A stretch of 64,000 nt of DNA from positions 233,771-297,770 of the forward strand of contig MFVE01000005.1 in assembly GCA_001785985.1 (NCBI GenBank), written 5' to 3'. Of this stretch, positions 26,726-35,037 are shown in pieces. This DNA is from Candidatus Nomurabacteria bacterium RIFCSPLOWO2_01_FULL_42_17. GTDB taxonomy: Bacteria > Patescibacteriota > Minisyncoccia > Phycocordibacterales > UBA9973. Under the pieces are notes generated by a model. It was not told where the DNA came from. It made no database searches and was given only the letters and a program-made list of their open reading frames with translations. How positions within the stretch are numbered: the stretch's first letter is position 1; the number at the start of each line of letters is the position of its first letter. The position numbers were made by a program, and so were the translations under genes.

Positions 26726-29530
26726 ATGTTTACAATGTTTACATCGAAACATAAATGCCTATGTTTTTTATGTTTTTTGTTTCTTCTCTTTATTTTTATT
26801 TTTCCTTTTGCTCCAAAAGTCCTGGCAGAACAGACTTTTGTAAATATTACTTCAGACCTTACTCTCAATCAGTCTCCTGGAAGTGTCTGTGGCTGGTATT
26901 CCGGAACCTTTAATGCTAAAAAGGTGTTCGGCATTGCCATTTATCGTGGTAATTTCCCTGATACTACCAATTTTGCTAAACAAAGAAAGATGCATGCTCT
27001 TAATTCTTATCTTTCTGATTGCTCCGACGACCCTTATTCGCTTGAATACAATTTTATTTATTCGGCGATTCCCACGCCCGATGGAACATATTGGGTTAGA
27101 ATGACTGCAAATGGTTACCCGTATTTGCCTGATTATCACTCTGTCAGTTATTATTTTGAAGCAAGGCGTTTAAACGGCGTTTGGTCTCTTCTCGAACCGT
27201 CTTCTTGCACTGACGGAATACAAAATCAAGACGAGACGGGTGTCGACATCGGCGGAGTGTGTACAGTCCCCAGCTCCGAAGATGATTCAACGCAAGAGGA
27301 TTTACAGGTTGAAACTCCTACACCTCTGGAAGAGCCAGCTTGCACAGAAAACTGCAACTCAAATGTTCTTTTCTTTCCGGGTATAATGGGTTCAAAGTTG
27401 TATGAACGCGGCGTTGTTTGTGATTCTGATATAAATATTGGCGAATGTGTAGAACAAAAATTATGGTTCTCGACAAACGATTCACTGCAGGCCGATTTAT
27501 CTCTTGATACAAATGGGAAAAGTGTGGGCAGTATTTATACAAAAAATGACACGCAAAAATTAAGCGAAGGTGAAGACGAGACAGGCGTTATCGACAAAAT
27601 AGATGTTATTAATTTATACAAATCTTTTTTCGCTGACCTTAAAAATCTCAAAGATGAGGGGGAAATAGTAGACTATGCCTTCGTTCCGTACGACTGGCGG
27701 CTTTCACTAAATGACATTGTAACAAACGGAAAGGCTTTGTCAGAAAATAGATTGTCTTATGTTACATCACAGGATTTTTCTGAATCATTTATTCTTCAAA
27801 AATTGGAAGAACTTCAGGCAAGCTCGAGGACCGGCAAAGTGACGATCATTGCCCATTCCAACGGTGGATTGGTAACTAAAGCTTTGATCCAAAAATTAAA
27901 AGATACAAATAATCCTCTTTATGAAAAAATAGACAAAATTATTTTTGTCGCCGTGCCGCAAGTAGGTACACCGGATGCTATGGCTGCTTTGTTGCACGGG
28001 AGCGATCTCGGCCCTTTTGGTCTAATCATGAGTGCTAGCAGACATAGACAGCTTGCTGAAAATATGTCTACTGTGTATCACCTACTTCCCTCGGCGGCTT
28101 ATTTTACAACCGTTGACCCCGGTTTTGCAATAGATAAACTAGTTTCTTTCGAAGATCAAACATTCTTTACTCCACAAACATCTCAATATGGAGTTTTTGT
28201 TTCGAATGCCACCGAACTTAAAAATTATATTTTAGGCACAGATGGTCGAGCCAAACCATCTTCTGGGGAAATTGTTCTGCCAAACATTGGGAATGCTGAT
28301 CTATATGCGGAAGCGGAAAGTGTGCATGCTATTCTTGATTCTTGGATGCCGTTTTCAGAAACAAAAGTGATACAGGTGGCTGGCTGGGGAGAAGAGACTC
28401 TAGCAGGCCTGGATTACATGACGCTAAAAGATTCAACCGAACATCTTTCTTATAAACCTCGTATGGTGATTGATGGAGACGCTAGCGTGTTAGTCCCGAG
28501 TGCTTTATGGATGTCGGATTCTAGTCCGAATATTGAGAGGTGGTGGGTTAATTTGGAAGAAGATGAGCCTTTTTCAGTCAACAGAGAACACAGAGATATT
28601 TTAGAAATTTCCAATCTTCGAAAATTTATTGAATTTAGGATTACCCAAGATGAAGACGATAATTCATTATTTACTGACGAAGATAATATAATTGTTAACA
28701 ATGACTCAACTCTAATTTCTGACAAGCCTCGTCTCCATTTTACCTTACATTCTCCTTTAACTCTTAGTATCGTGGATTCACAAGACAGGTATACCGGGTT
28801 GGATCCAGACACGATGGAAATCCGAGAAGAAATTCCAGGTGCGACTTATAAAAAAATAGGTGAGGTGCAGTTCATCTCTGTCCCGGCCGGTGTTTCATAC
28901 ACCTTACTTCTGGATGGTTACGAAAATGGATTCTTTACACTCGATATAGATGAACAGACGGGTAATGAGATTACCGACTCGATCTCCTTTGAGGGTATTT
29001 CTAGCTCGAATTTAACCTTGGTTACTATGGACATTTCTTCGTCTTTCGGAACCGAAAATTCAGAGTTAAGAATAGATGAGGACGGGAATGGCAGTATTGA
29101 TAAAGTTTACAATGTTGTTAATGGAGTAACACAGTATATAGATCAGACCCCGATAATTACCCCGATAATTAGCTCATCAGGTTCACAAAGCAGGAACAGA
29201 ACTTCAAATATCACTGTCCAGGAAACAGTGCCAGTAGAAGAAAAGATAGAAGTTGAGGAGGAAATAAATGTTGATTTTGTTCCGGTGATAGAAGACCCCG
29301 GGGAATCTGATGATGTAGTTATAGATGTAGAAAAAGAATCTAAAAAAGAAATACAGCCTCAGGAAACATCTGAAACTGAAATATTAGAAGAAGCACCAGT
29401 GCCCGAGGACTTACCTTTGTCAGCTTCCGCCGCAGATTCAGGATTTGCGAATAATTTTTCACCATATGCTATGATATTAGGTGTAGTCGGTCTCGCCTAT
29501 TTATCTAAAATGTTTTTTATTAAAGTATAA
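26726..29530 (+). CDS. Large secreted/surface protein (934 aa) with an alpha/beta-hydrolase lipase-like domain and a C-terminal hydrophobic anchor
   Basis: Signal peptide, VLFFPGIMGSKLYERG, a nucleophile elbow IIAHSNGGLV (GxSxG-like) and a C-terminal TM (YAMILGVVGLAYL). It also contains SCTDGIQNQDETGVDIGGVCT, which matches the repeat unit of the protein at 5961. Confidence 0.6.
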   Translation: MFTMFTSKHKCLCFLCFLFLLFIFIFPFAPKVLAEQTFVNITSDLTLNQSPGSVCGWYSGTFNAKKVFGIAIYRGNFPDTTNFAKQRKMHALNSYLSDCSDDPYSLEYNFIYSAIPTPDGTYWVRMTANGYPYLPDYHSVSYYFEARRLNGVWSLLEPSSCTDGIQNQDETGVDIGGVCTVPSSEDDSTQEDLQVETPTPLEEPACTENCNSNVLFFPGIMGSKLYERGVVCDSDINIGECVEQKLWFSTNDSLQADLSLDTNGKSVGSIYTKNDTQKLSEGEDETGVIDKIDVINLYKSFFADLKNLKDEGEIVDYAFVPYDWRLSLNDIVTNGKALSENRLSYVTSQDFSESFILQKLEELQASSRTGKVTIIAHSNGGLVTKALIQKLKDTNNPLYEKIDKIIFVAVPQVGTPDAMAALLHGSDLGPFGLIMSASRHRQLAENMSTVYHLLPSAAYFTTVDPGFAIDKLVSFEDQTFFTPQTSQYGVFVSNATELKNYILGTDGRAKPSSGEIVLPNIGNADLYAEAESVHAILDSWMPFSETKVIQVAGWGEETLAGLDYMTLKDSTEHLSYKPRMVIDGDASVLVPSALWMSDSSPNIERWWVNLEEDEPFSVNREHRDILEISNLRKFIEFRITQDEDDNSLFTDEDNIIVNNDSTLISDKPRLHFTLHSPLTLSIVDSQDRYTGLDPDTMEIREEIPGATYKKIGEVQFISVPAGVSYTLLLDGYENGFFTLDIDEQTGNEITDSISFEGISSSNLTLVTMDISSSFGTENSELRIDEDGNGSIDKVYNVVNGVTQYIDQTPIITPIISSSGSQSRNRTSNITVQETVPVEEKIEVEEEINVDFVPVIEDPGESDDVVIDVEKESKKEIQPQETSETEILEEAPVPEDLPLSASAADSGFANNFSPYAMILGVVGLAYLSKMFFIKV

Positions 29531-29538
29531 ATAATTTT

Positions 29539-29955
29539 ATGAATCACACTTTAAGTTGGTTTAATAATAAAAAAGTTATATATATAAGTTTGTTCGGGGT
29601 GGTGATTTTTATCTTATCTTATTTCAGTAAAGATCTAGGAATATGTCCCAGAGGAGCAACTTATTGTGGTGATTATAGTGAGTACATAGCTATATATTCT
29701 ATATATAGCTTCGCTATACTATACACTGCGATACTCTATAATTTTCTCTCCCAAGGACATAGAAATACTTTTTTAAAGGTTTCTAAAATAGTTCTTTTTT
29801 TATGCTTAGTTTTGACGATTATAACTCCTCTTAAGACTGACGTGTTCGATTTAGTACCAGAAAAAGGAGTTTTAACTTTGTGGATTATCATCAGTTATTT
29901 CTTATTTATAAATATTTACTTTTTTTCACAAAAAAAATTATCTAGTCGAACCTAA
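29539..29955 (+). CDS. Hypothetical integral membrane protein (138 aa, 4 TM)
   Basis: Hydrophobic profile only. Confidence 0.4.
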   Translation: MNHTLSWFNNKKVIYISLFGVVIFILSYFSKDLGICPRGATYCGDYSEYIAIYSIYSFAILYTAILYNFLSQGHRNTFLKVSKIVLFLCLVLTIITPLKTDVFDLVPEKGVLTLWIIISYFLFINIYFFSQKKLSSRT

Positions 29956-30025
29956 AAATTTATTATCATAATAACTAGTAAGAATGGTTCTTTCAGACGC
30001 ACTAGCGAATTTTTGAAATAAAATT

Positions 30026-32728
30026 ATGATAAGTCTCAACGAAATTAAAAATCGTGCTCTCAATTTCTCAAAGGAATGGGAACGTGATTATAATGAAGAC
30101 GCAGAAGCAAAAAGTTTTTGGGATGGATTTTTTGATGTATTTGGAGTTTCTCGAAGACGAGTCGCTTCATTTGAATGGCCAGTAAAAAAGTTAGACAACA
30201 AGCAAGGATATATTGATGTACTTTGGAAGGGGGTTATGTTGGCTGAACATAAATCTAAAAACAAAGACTTAGATAAAGCATATACTCAGGCTAAGGATTA
30301 TTTTCCAGGACTTAAAGATGTAGAATTGCCTCGTTTTATTATAGTTTCCGATTTTGCAAAAATAAGGTTATATGATTTAGAAAAAAATTTAGCACAAGAA
30401 TTTGAACTGAAAGAACTTTCAAGAAATGTAGATTTATTTGATTTTATTTCTGGTCACAAATCAGTTGTTGATTATGGGAAAGAAGAAAAAGCAAGTATTG
30501 AAGCCGCTGAGTTAATGGCGGAATTTCATAATGAGATTGCTAAGACAGGATATTCTGGGCACGATCTTGAAGTCTTCCTGGTGCGTATTCTGTTTTGTCT
30601 GTTTGCTGACGATACCGATATTTTTTCAAAGCATTCCTTTCGTAATTATATAGAAAATAGAACTCAAATTGATGGAAGCGATCTGGGTCCAAAGATAGCT
30701 CAAGTTTTCCAAATTTTAAATACACCAATGGAAAAAAGACAGTCGAACCTAGATGAAGGTTTGGCTGTCTTTCCTTATGTGAATGGTGGAATTTTTTCAG
30801 AAAAGATTGAAATTGTTTCTTGCGATGCTAATGCATTAATTAGATTAATAAAATGTTGTGGTTTCGATTGGTCTGGAATTTCAGCTTCCATCTTCGGCTC
30901 CCTTTTTCAGGGTGTTATGAATGAAGATGAGAGAAGGCAACTGGGTGCTCATTATACTTCTGAACTAAATATTTTAAAAGTTATAAATTCTCTTTTTCTA
31001 GACGAATTGTATATAGAATTTGATAGTGTTAGATATGAACCAAAGAAACTTGAGGTATTTCACACAAAACTTTCTGAATTGAAGTTTTTAGACCCAGCTT
31101 GTGGCTGCGGAAATTTTCTCGTTGTTGCTTATATGGAGATCAGAAAATTAGAATTAGAAATTCTTATCCAAAAAGAAAGGAATGGAGAATTCATGCTCAT
31201 TCCAACTGAGGATATGTCTATTATTAATGTCAATCAATTCTATGGTATCGAAATTGAAGAGTTTCCTGCACTCATAGCCCGCGTCGCGATATATCTAGTG
31301 GATCATCAAATGAATAACGAGTTGTCTAAATACTTCGGTAAAATATATGCTCGTATTCCACTTCGCGAGCCAGCAAGCATAGTAAATGCCGATGCACTTA
31401 TTACTGATTGGGAAAGTGTTGTCCCTAAAAATAAACTTTCTTATATTTTAGGCAATCCACCTTTTGTCGGGGCTCGTTTGATGGGAAAAGGTCAGAAAGA
31501 GATTTTCTTGAAAGTTTTTGATAATGAAAAAGGTACAGGCAATCTTGATTTTGTGACGGCTTGGTATGAGAAAGCATCTCGATATATGGTTGGTACAAAA
31601 ATAAAAACAGCTTTTGTTTCCACTAACTCTATATGTCAGGGCGAACAAGTTGGCATTCTTTGGAAAAGATTAAAGGAAAAATATGGAGTGATAATACATT
31701 TTGCCCATCAGACTTTTAAATGGAATAATGATGCACCTGGTGTTGCAGCGGTCTACTGCATTATTGTAGGTTTTGCTTGTTTTGATACACCCAAAAAGTA
31801 TCTGTATGAATATGAAGATATAAAAGCTGAACCGAAAGAAAAAGAGGTTAAAAATATAAATGCGTATTTAGTAGCGGGGGATGATGTATTTATAGAAAAT
31901 ACAAGGACACCTACTTGCGATGCTCCAGAAATAGTTTTCGGAAGTATGCCAAACGATGGCGGAAATTTTCTTTTTACTGAGGAAGAAAAAAATCAATTTC
32001 TTAATGAAGAACCCAATGCTGAAAAATATATAAAAGAATTAATAAGTGCGAGAGAATATTTAAATGGTGAAAAAAGGTATTGTTTATGGCTGAAAGACAT
32101 TGATCCAAGTATTTTAAAAAAATTGCCAAAAGTTTTAGAACGAATTGACAATGTCAGAAAATTACGAAGTGAAAGTAATCGCAAAGAAACTAAAGATCTT
32201 GCAAAAACTCCCGCATTATTTGGTGAAATAAGACAACCTAAAAGTGATTATATTTTTATCCCACTTACTTCTTCTGAACATAGAGAATATATTCCAATGG
32301 GATTTTTTGATAAAGAAAAAATTTCCAACAATACGGGCAGTCTTGTTACTGATGCAACATTATATCATTTTGGCATTCTTGAATCAGAAATGCATATGAC
32401 TTGGGTTAGATATGTCTGTGGAAGACTAAAAGGGGATTATCGTTATTCAAATACCCTAGTCTATAATAATTTTCCTTGGCCTAAAAATGTAAAAGACGAA
32501 CAGAAAAAGAAAGTTGAAGATTGTGCGCAGAAAGTTCTAGATGTACGTTTGCAGTTTTCTAATAGTTCACTTTCTGACCTATATGATCCAAACACTATGC
32601 CGTCAGATTTAGTAGAAGCGCATAATAATCTCAATAGGGCAGTAGATGTGTGTTATAGAAGCAAGTTTAAAGACTTAGAAGAAAGAATCGAATTTTTGTT
32701 TGAGTTATATAAAAAATACATTAAATAA
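30026..32728 (+). CDS. MmeI-family Type IIL restriction-modification enzyme (single-chain endonuclease, N6-adenine methyltransferase and target-recognition domain)
   Basis: N-terminal PD-(D/E)xK motif GYIDVLWKGVMLAEHKSK (D64...E74-x-K76, matching MmeI D70/E80/K82). MTase motif I FLDPACGCGNFLV and motif IV ILGNPPFVGA. 900 aa, the size of MmeI and its relatives. Confidence 0.8.
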   Translation: MISLNEIKNRALNFSKEWERDYNEDAEAKSFWDGFFDVFGVSRRRVASFEWPVKKLDNKQGYIDVLWKGVMLAEHKSKNKDLDKAYTQAKDYFPGLKDVELPRFIIVSDFAKIRLYDLEKNLAQEFELKELSRNVDLFDFISGHKSVVDYGKEEKASIEAAELMAEFHNEIAKTGYSGHDLEVFLVRILFCLFADDTDIFSKHSFRNYIENRTQIDGSDLGPKIAQVFQILNTPMEKRQSNLDEGLAVFPYVNGGIFSEKIEIVSCDANALIRLIKCCGFDWSGISASIFGSLFQGVMNEDERRQLGAHYTSELNILKVINSLFLDELYIEFDSVRYEPKKLEVFHTKLSELKFLDPACGCGNFLVVAYMEIRKLELEILIQKERNGEFMLIPTEDMSIINVNQFYGIEIEEFPALIARVAIYLVDHQMNNELSKYFGKIYARIPLREPASIVNADALITDWESVVPKNKLSYILGNPPFVGARLMGKGQKEIFLKVFDNEKGTGNLDFVTAWYEKASRYMVGTKIKTAFVSTNSICQGEQVGILWKRLKEKYGVIIHFAHQTFKWNNDAPGVAAVYCIIVGFACFDTPKKYLYEYEDIKAEPKEKEVKNINAYLVAGDDVFIENTRTPTCDAPEIVFGSMPNDGGNFLFTEEEKNQFLNEEPNAEKYIKELISAREYLNGEKRYCLWLKDIDPSILKKLPKVLERIDNVRKLRSESNRKETKDLAKTPALFGEIRQPKSDYIFIPLTSSEHREYIPMGFFDKEKISNNTGSLVTDATLYHFGILESEMHMTWVRYVCGRLKGDYRYSNTLVYNNFPWPKNVKDEQKKKVEDCAQKVLDVRLQFSNSSLSDLYDPNTMPSDLVEAHNNLNRAVDVCYRSKFKDLEERIEFLFELYKKYIK

Positions 32729-32951
32729 ATTTTAAGCCCGCTGTTTTATTCAGCGGGCTTCGGATGGAATTAAGAGATGTATCACAAGCAATCTTTGACT
32801 TATCCTCTCTATGTGAATTATTTTTTTCTGTGTTTTGCCATTCTCGAGGTGAGTTGCAAGTTTGGTACCGAACTTTTCTTCCGACCGGTTAGTAGATTTA
32901 TTTCTTATTTTTATCCACTCTGCTTTATATGCTTTCGAGCATAATCTTTAT

Positions 32952-33299
32952 TTACAAGGTCGTTATTTTATCCCGCGCCAGTTCCTCTTTTTTTATAAAA
33001 GAAGGTTCCGGGAAGGGTGCATTTTTCGACCGAGCTAGTTTGAGGTGTATTGTAGACAGTAATTTTTTACATCTTTCCACATAAGGACGTCGCACACCTA
33101 GCGTGGCAAGATTAGAATCTAATGCAACAAGAATGTCAGGGGATGATTGCACGTTTGTTCTTTCCACCATTTCTCGTATTGCAAATAAACCGTTCTTTAC
33201 TGCATTTTCTCGAGCTCTATCTTGGAACCACTGAAAAGATAAAATAAGAGTAAGTATGATGTTGATTACTTCAGAGAATCCAAAATTAATTTCAGTCAT
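32952..33299 (-). CDS. Hypothetical protein (115 aa, N-terminal TM helix)
   Basis: ORF only. No family recognised. Confidence 0.35.
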   Translation of the reverse strand: MTEINFGFSEVINIILTLILSFQWFQDRARENAVKNGLFAIREMVERTNVQSSPDILVALDSNLATLGVRRPYVERCKKLLSTIHLKLARSKNAPFPEPSFIKKEELARDKITTL

Positions 33300-33479
33300 A
33301 TTATTTTATTTTTTACAGCTTTTTACTGAGCTCGACTATTCTCTGCTGTACTATGTGCATATTATTAGTAGGCGTATATGGATGTAAAGTGGATAACTGG
33401 CATTTTCAGCATTAAAACACAAAATAAAAATTATAAAATACCAATACAGCCTACGAAATAGGTATGATAGGATAATAGT

Positions 33480-33701
33480 GTGAAATACATCCACTGTAAA
33501 GTTGTTGCTTCGGCTAGAAGGGAATCGTTTAAGGTAAAATCCGAGGATCATTTTGAAATTTCAGTCAGAGAAAAAGCTGAAAGAAATATGGCGAATAATC
33601 GCGTCATTTCTCTCGTGGCAGAGCATTTCAAAGTTCCCGTAAATAAGGTCAGGATAATAAACGGGCACAAGCATCCGAGCAAGCTTCTGGTGGTGGACTA
33701 A
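33480..33701 (+). CDS. DUF167 / YggU-family small protein
   Basis: ISVREKAERNMANNRVISLVAEHFKVPVNKVRIINGHKHPSKLLVV matches the UPF0235/YggU pattern (G.AN..L...L...l.v....v.i..G..s..K.v). Confidence 0.55.
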   Translation: MKYIHCKVVASARRESFKVKSEDHFEISVREKAERNMANNRVISLVAEHFKVPVNKVRIINGHKHPSKLLVVD

Positions 33702-33742
33702 CTAAGATTACCTTTAAGTTCTATTTGTGCTAAAATAAATAT

Positions 33743-34117
33743 ATGAAATACATTGATGGATTTGTGATACCTCTAAAGAAAAAAGATGTTGCGGCTTATC
33801 GCAAGATGGCGCAGTGGGGAGCGAAGACTTGGAAAAAATACGGCGCCTTGGAATATTTTGAGTGCATCGGCGATGATCTGAAAGTAAAGAAAGGCATGGG
33901 GCAGGGTTTTGTCAAACTCGCCAAATTGAAAAAAGGGGAGACAGTTGCTTTCTCCTGGATCGTCTACAAGTCTCGCGCGCACCGAGATGCCGTCAACAAA
34001 AAAGTAATGAAAGAAATGGATGCTCCTCTAAACAAAGAAAAGTATAAAAATATGCCGATGCCTTTCGATATGAAGCGCTTTGCTTATGCAGGATTCAAAG
34101 CAATCGTGGAAGCTTGA
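33743..34117 (+). CDS. DUF1428-family protein
   Basis: MKYIDGFVIPLKKKDVAAYRKMAQ...GALEYFECIGDD resembles DUF1428 (YbaA-like) proteins. Confidence 0.45.
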   Translation: MKYIDGFVIPLKKKDVAAYRKMAQWGAKTWKKYGALEYFECIGDDLKVKKGMGQGFVKLAKLKKGETVAFSWIVYKSRAHRDAVNKKVMKEMDAPLNKEKYKNMPMPFDMKRFAYAGFKAIVEA

Positions 34118-34283
34118 TGGATCAAAAGTACTTGATTTTTAGAAGCAAGAGGAGTATAAAATACTCGAAGCTGTAGTCGAGTAAAGACGTCTTAGAGCCT
34201 TAGAGCCATCGGATGATGGATTCTAAGTACACACCTTAGCTGTCTTTTCTCAAAGATAGTGCTGTTCGAAAACCCGAAAACCT

Positions 34284-34598
34284 ATGAAAAAAGTGCAAGT
34301 GTTTAACTCACGCGAGATGATCCATGCCCGTCGTTTAAAACGCAACGCGGTGTATCGGAAGAAACACAATGGTTCAGCTCGACTGGACCAGACGTCCCTA
34401 GCACTCCAGCCGGAGCTGACACCACCAAGTGCAGTTCGGCTGGATCGGAAACCCGAACCAGCAGAGCAACCACCATCGCACTCGCTACAAGCATGGCGAA
34501 AGTGGACCGATGAGGAGCTGGAGAAAGCGGCCGCCACAATCAATGGCCAAAACGGGGGTAAGAAGGACAAAAAGGCGCGCTGGCTTAATTACAGGTAA
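34284..34598 (+). CDS. Hypothetical basic protein (104 aa) on a GC-rich segment
   Basis: An ORF followed directly by a strong terminator. About 58% GC. Its reality is uncertain because GC-rich DNA yields ORFs in all frames. Confidence 0.4.
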   Translation: MKKVQVFNSREMIHARRLKRNAVYRKKHNGSARLDQTSLALQPELTPPSAVRLDRKPEPAEQPPSHSLQAWRKWTDEELEKAAATINGQNGGKKDKKARWLNYR

Positions 34599-34622
34599 AT
34601 TGCCCGGATCGGGCCAATCAGA

Positions 34623-34661
34623 CAGCCCGGAACCCATACGGTTCCGGGCTGTTATTTATTT
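34623..34661 (+). terminator. Rho-independent terminator (cagcccggaac-ccatacg-gttccgggctg followed by ttatttatt)
   Basis: An 11-bp perfect GC-rich stem with a T-rich tail, 25 nt after the stop at 34598. Confidence 0.7.
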
Positions 34662-34664
34662 ACT

Positions 34665-34695
34665 AAATAAAAAAGGAATGGACGAGTGCCATTCC
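34665..34695 (-). terminator. Rho-independent terminator for the minus-strand zinc-ribbon gene (ggaatgg-cactcgt-ccattcc plus U-tract)
   Basis: The hairpin at 34675-34695 is followed on the minus strand by TTTTTTATTT. It converges with the plus-strand terminator. Confidence 0.6.
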
Positions 34696-34723
34696 TGCCC
34701 ATCCGTAGATAGGACTTTGTTTG

Positions 34724-34912
34724 TCATTCTCGGTGGTGGCATACCATGGTATGATGTCCCACCTCCTCCCGAGCGACCCCATTTTTTTTAGGGTCCTCCA
34801 GCTGCCAACCGTCCAAGCACTCATATGAACAAAAGTACTTGTCGTGTCGCCTGTCCCACAGGGCGTGTTCTTCCTCCAACCTTTGCTTGCAGTATGAGCA
34901 TTTTATTTCCAT
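34724..34912 (-). CDS. Small TRASH/zf-FCS-type zinc-ribbon protein (62 aa from the ATG; the tracked ORF starts at a GTG at 34930)
   Basis: C-x2-C-x19-C-x3-C with an FCS motif (CSYCKQ...KYFCSYEC). A perfect SD AAGGAG lies 8 nt upstream of the ATG (MEIKCSYC). Confidence 0.55.
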   Translation of the reverse strand: MEIKCSYCKQRLEEEHALWDRRHDKYFCSYECLDGWQLEDPKKNGVAREEVGHHTMVCHHRE

Positions 34913-35037
34913 AAGAAAGGTCTCCTTCACATATAATTTTATGCCTTTAAATAAAAAAGTAAAGGAAATTGGTGCATAACTCTATGAAGATGTAGGCATA
35001 GGTCTTTTATGGCCTTTTATGTTAAAATCAACTAATA

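Noticed and set aside
34250-34800. GC-rich segment considered as a structured ncRNA (RNase P RNA, tmRNA, SRP RNA or 6S)
   Set aside because: I could not find the universal motifs (RNase P P4 AGGAAAGUCCGGGC, the tmRNA GGAUUCGAC / T-loop, or the SRP GGAA tetraloop context). Convergent rho-independent terminators and an SD-preceded zinc-ribbon ORF fit protein-coding genes better. Also rejected here are the overlapping ORFs 34250..34570(-), 34303..34539(-) and 34429..34791(+), which are artefacts of GC-rich sequence.
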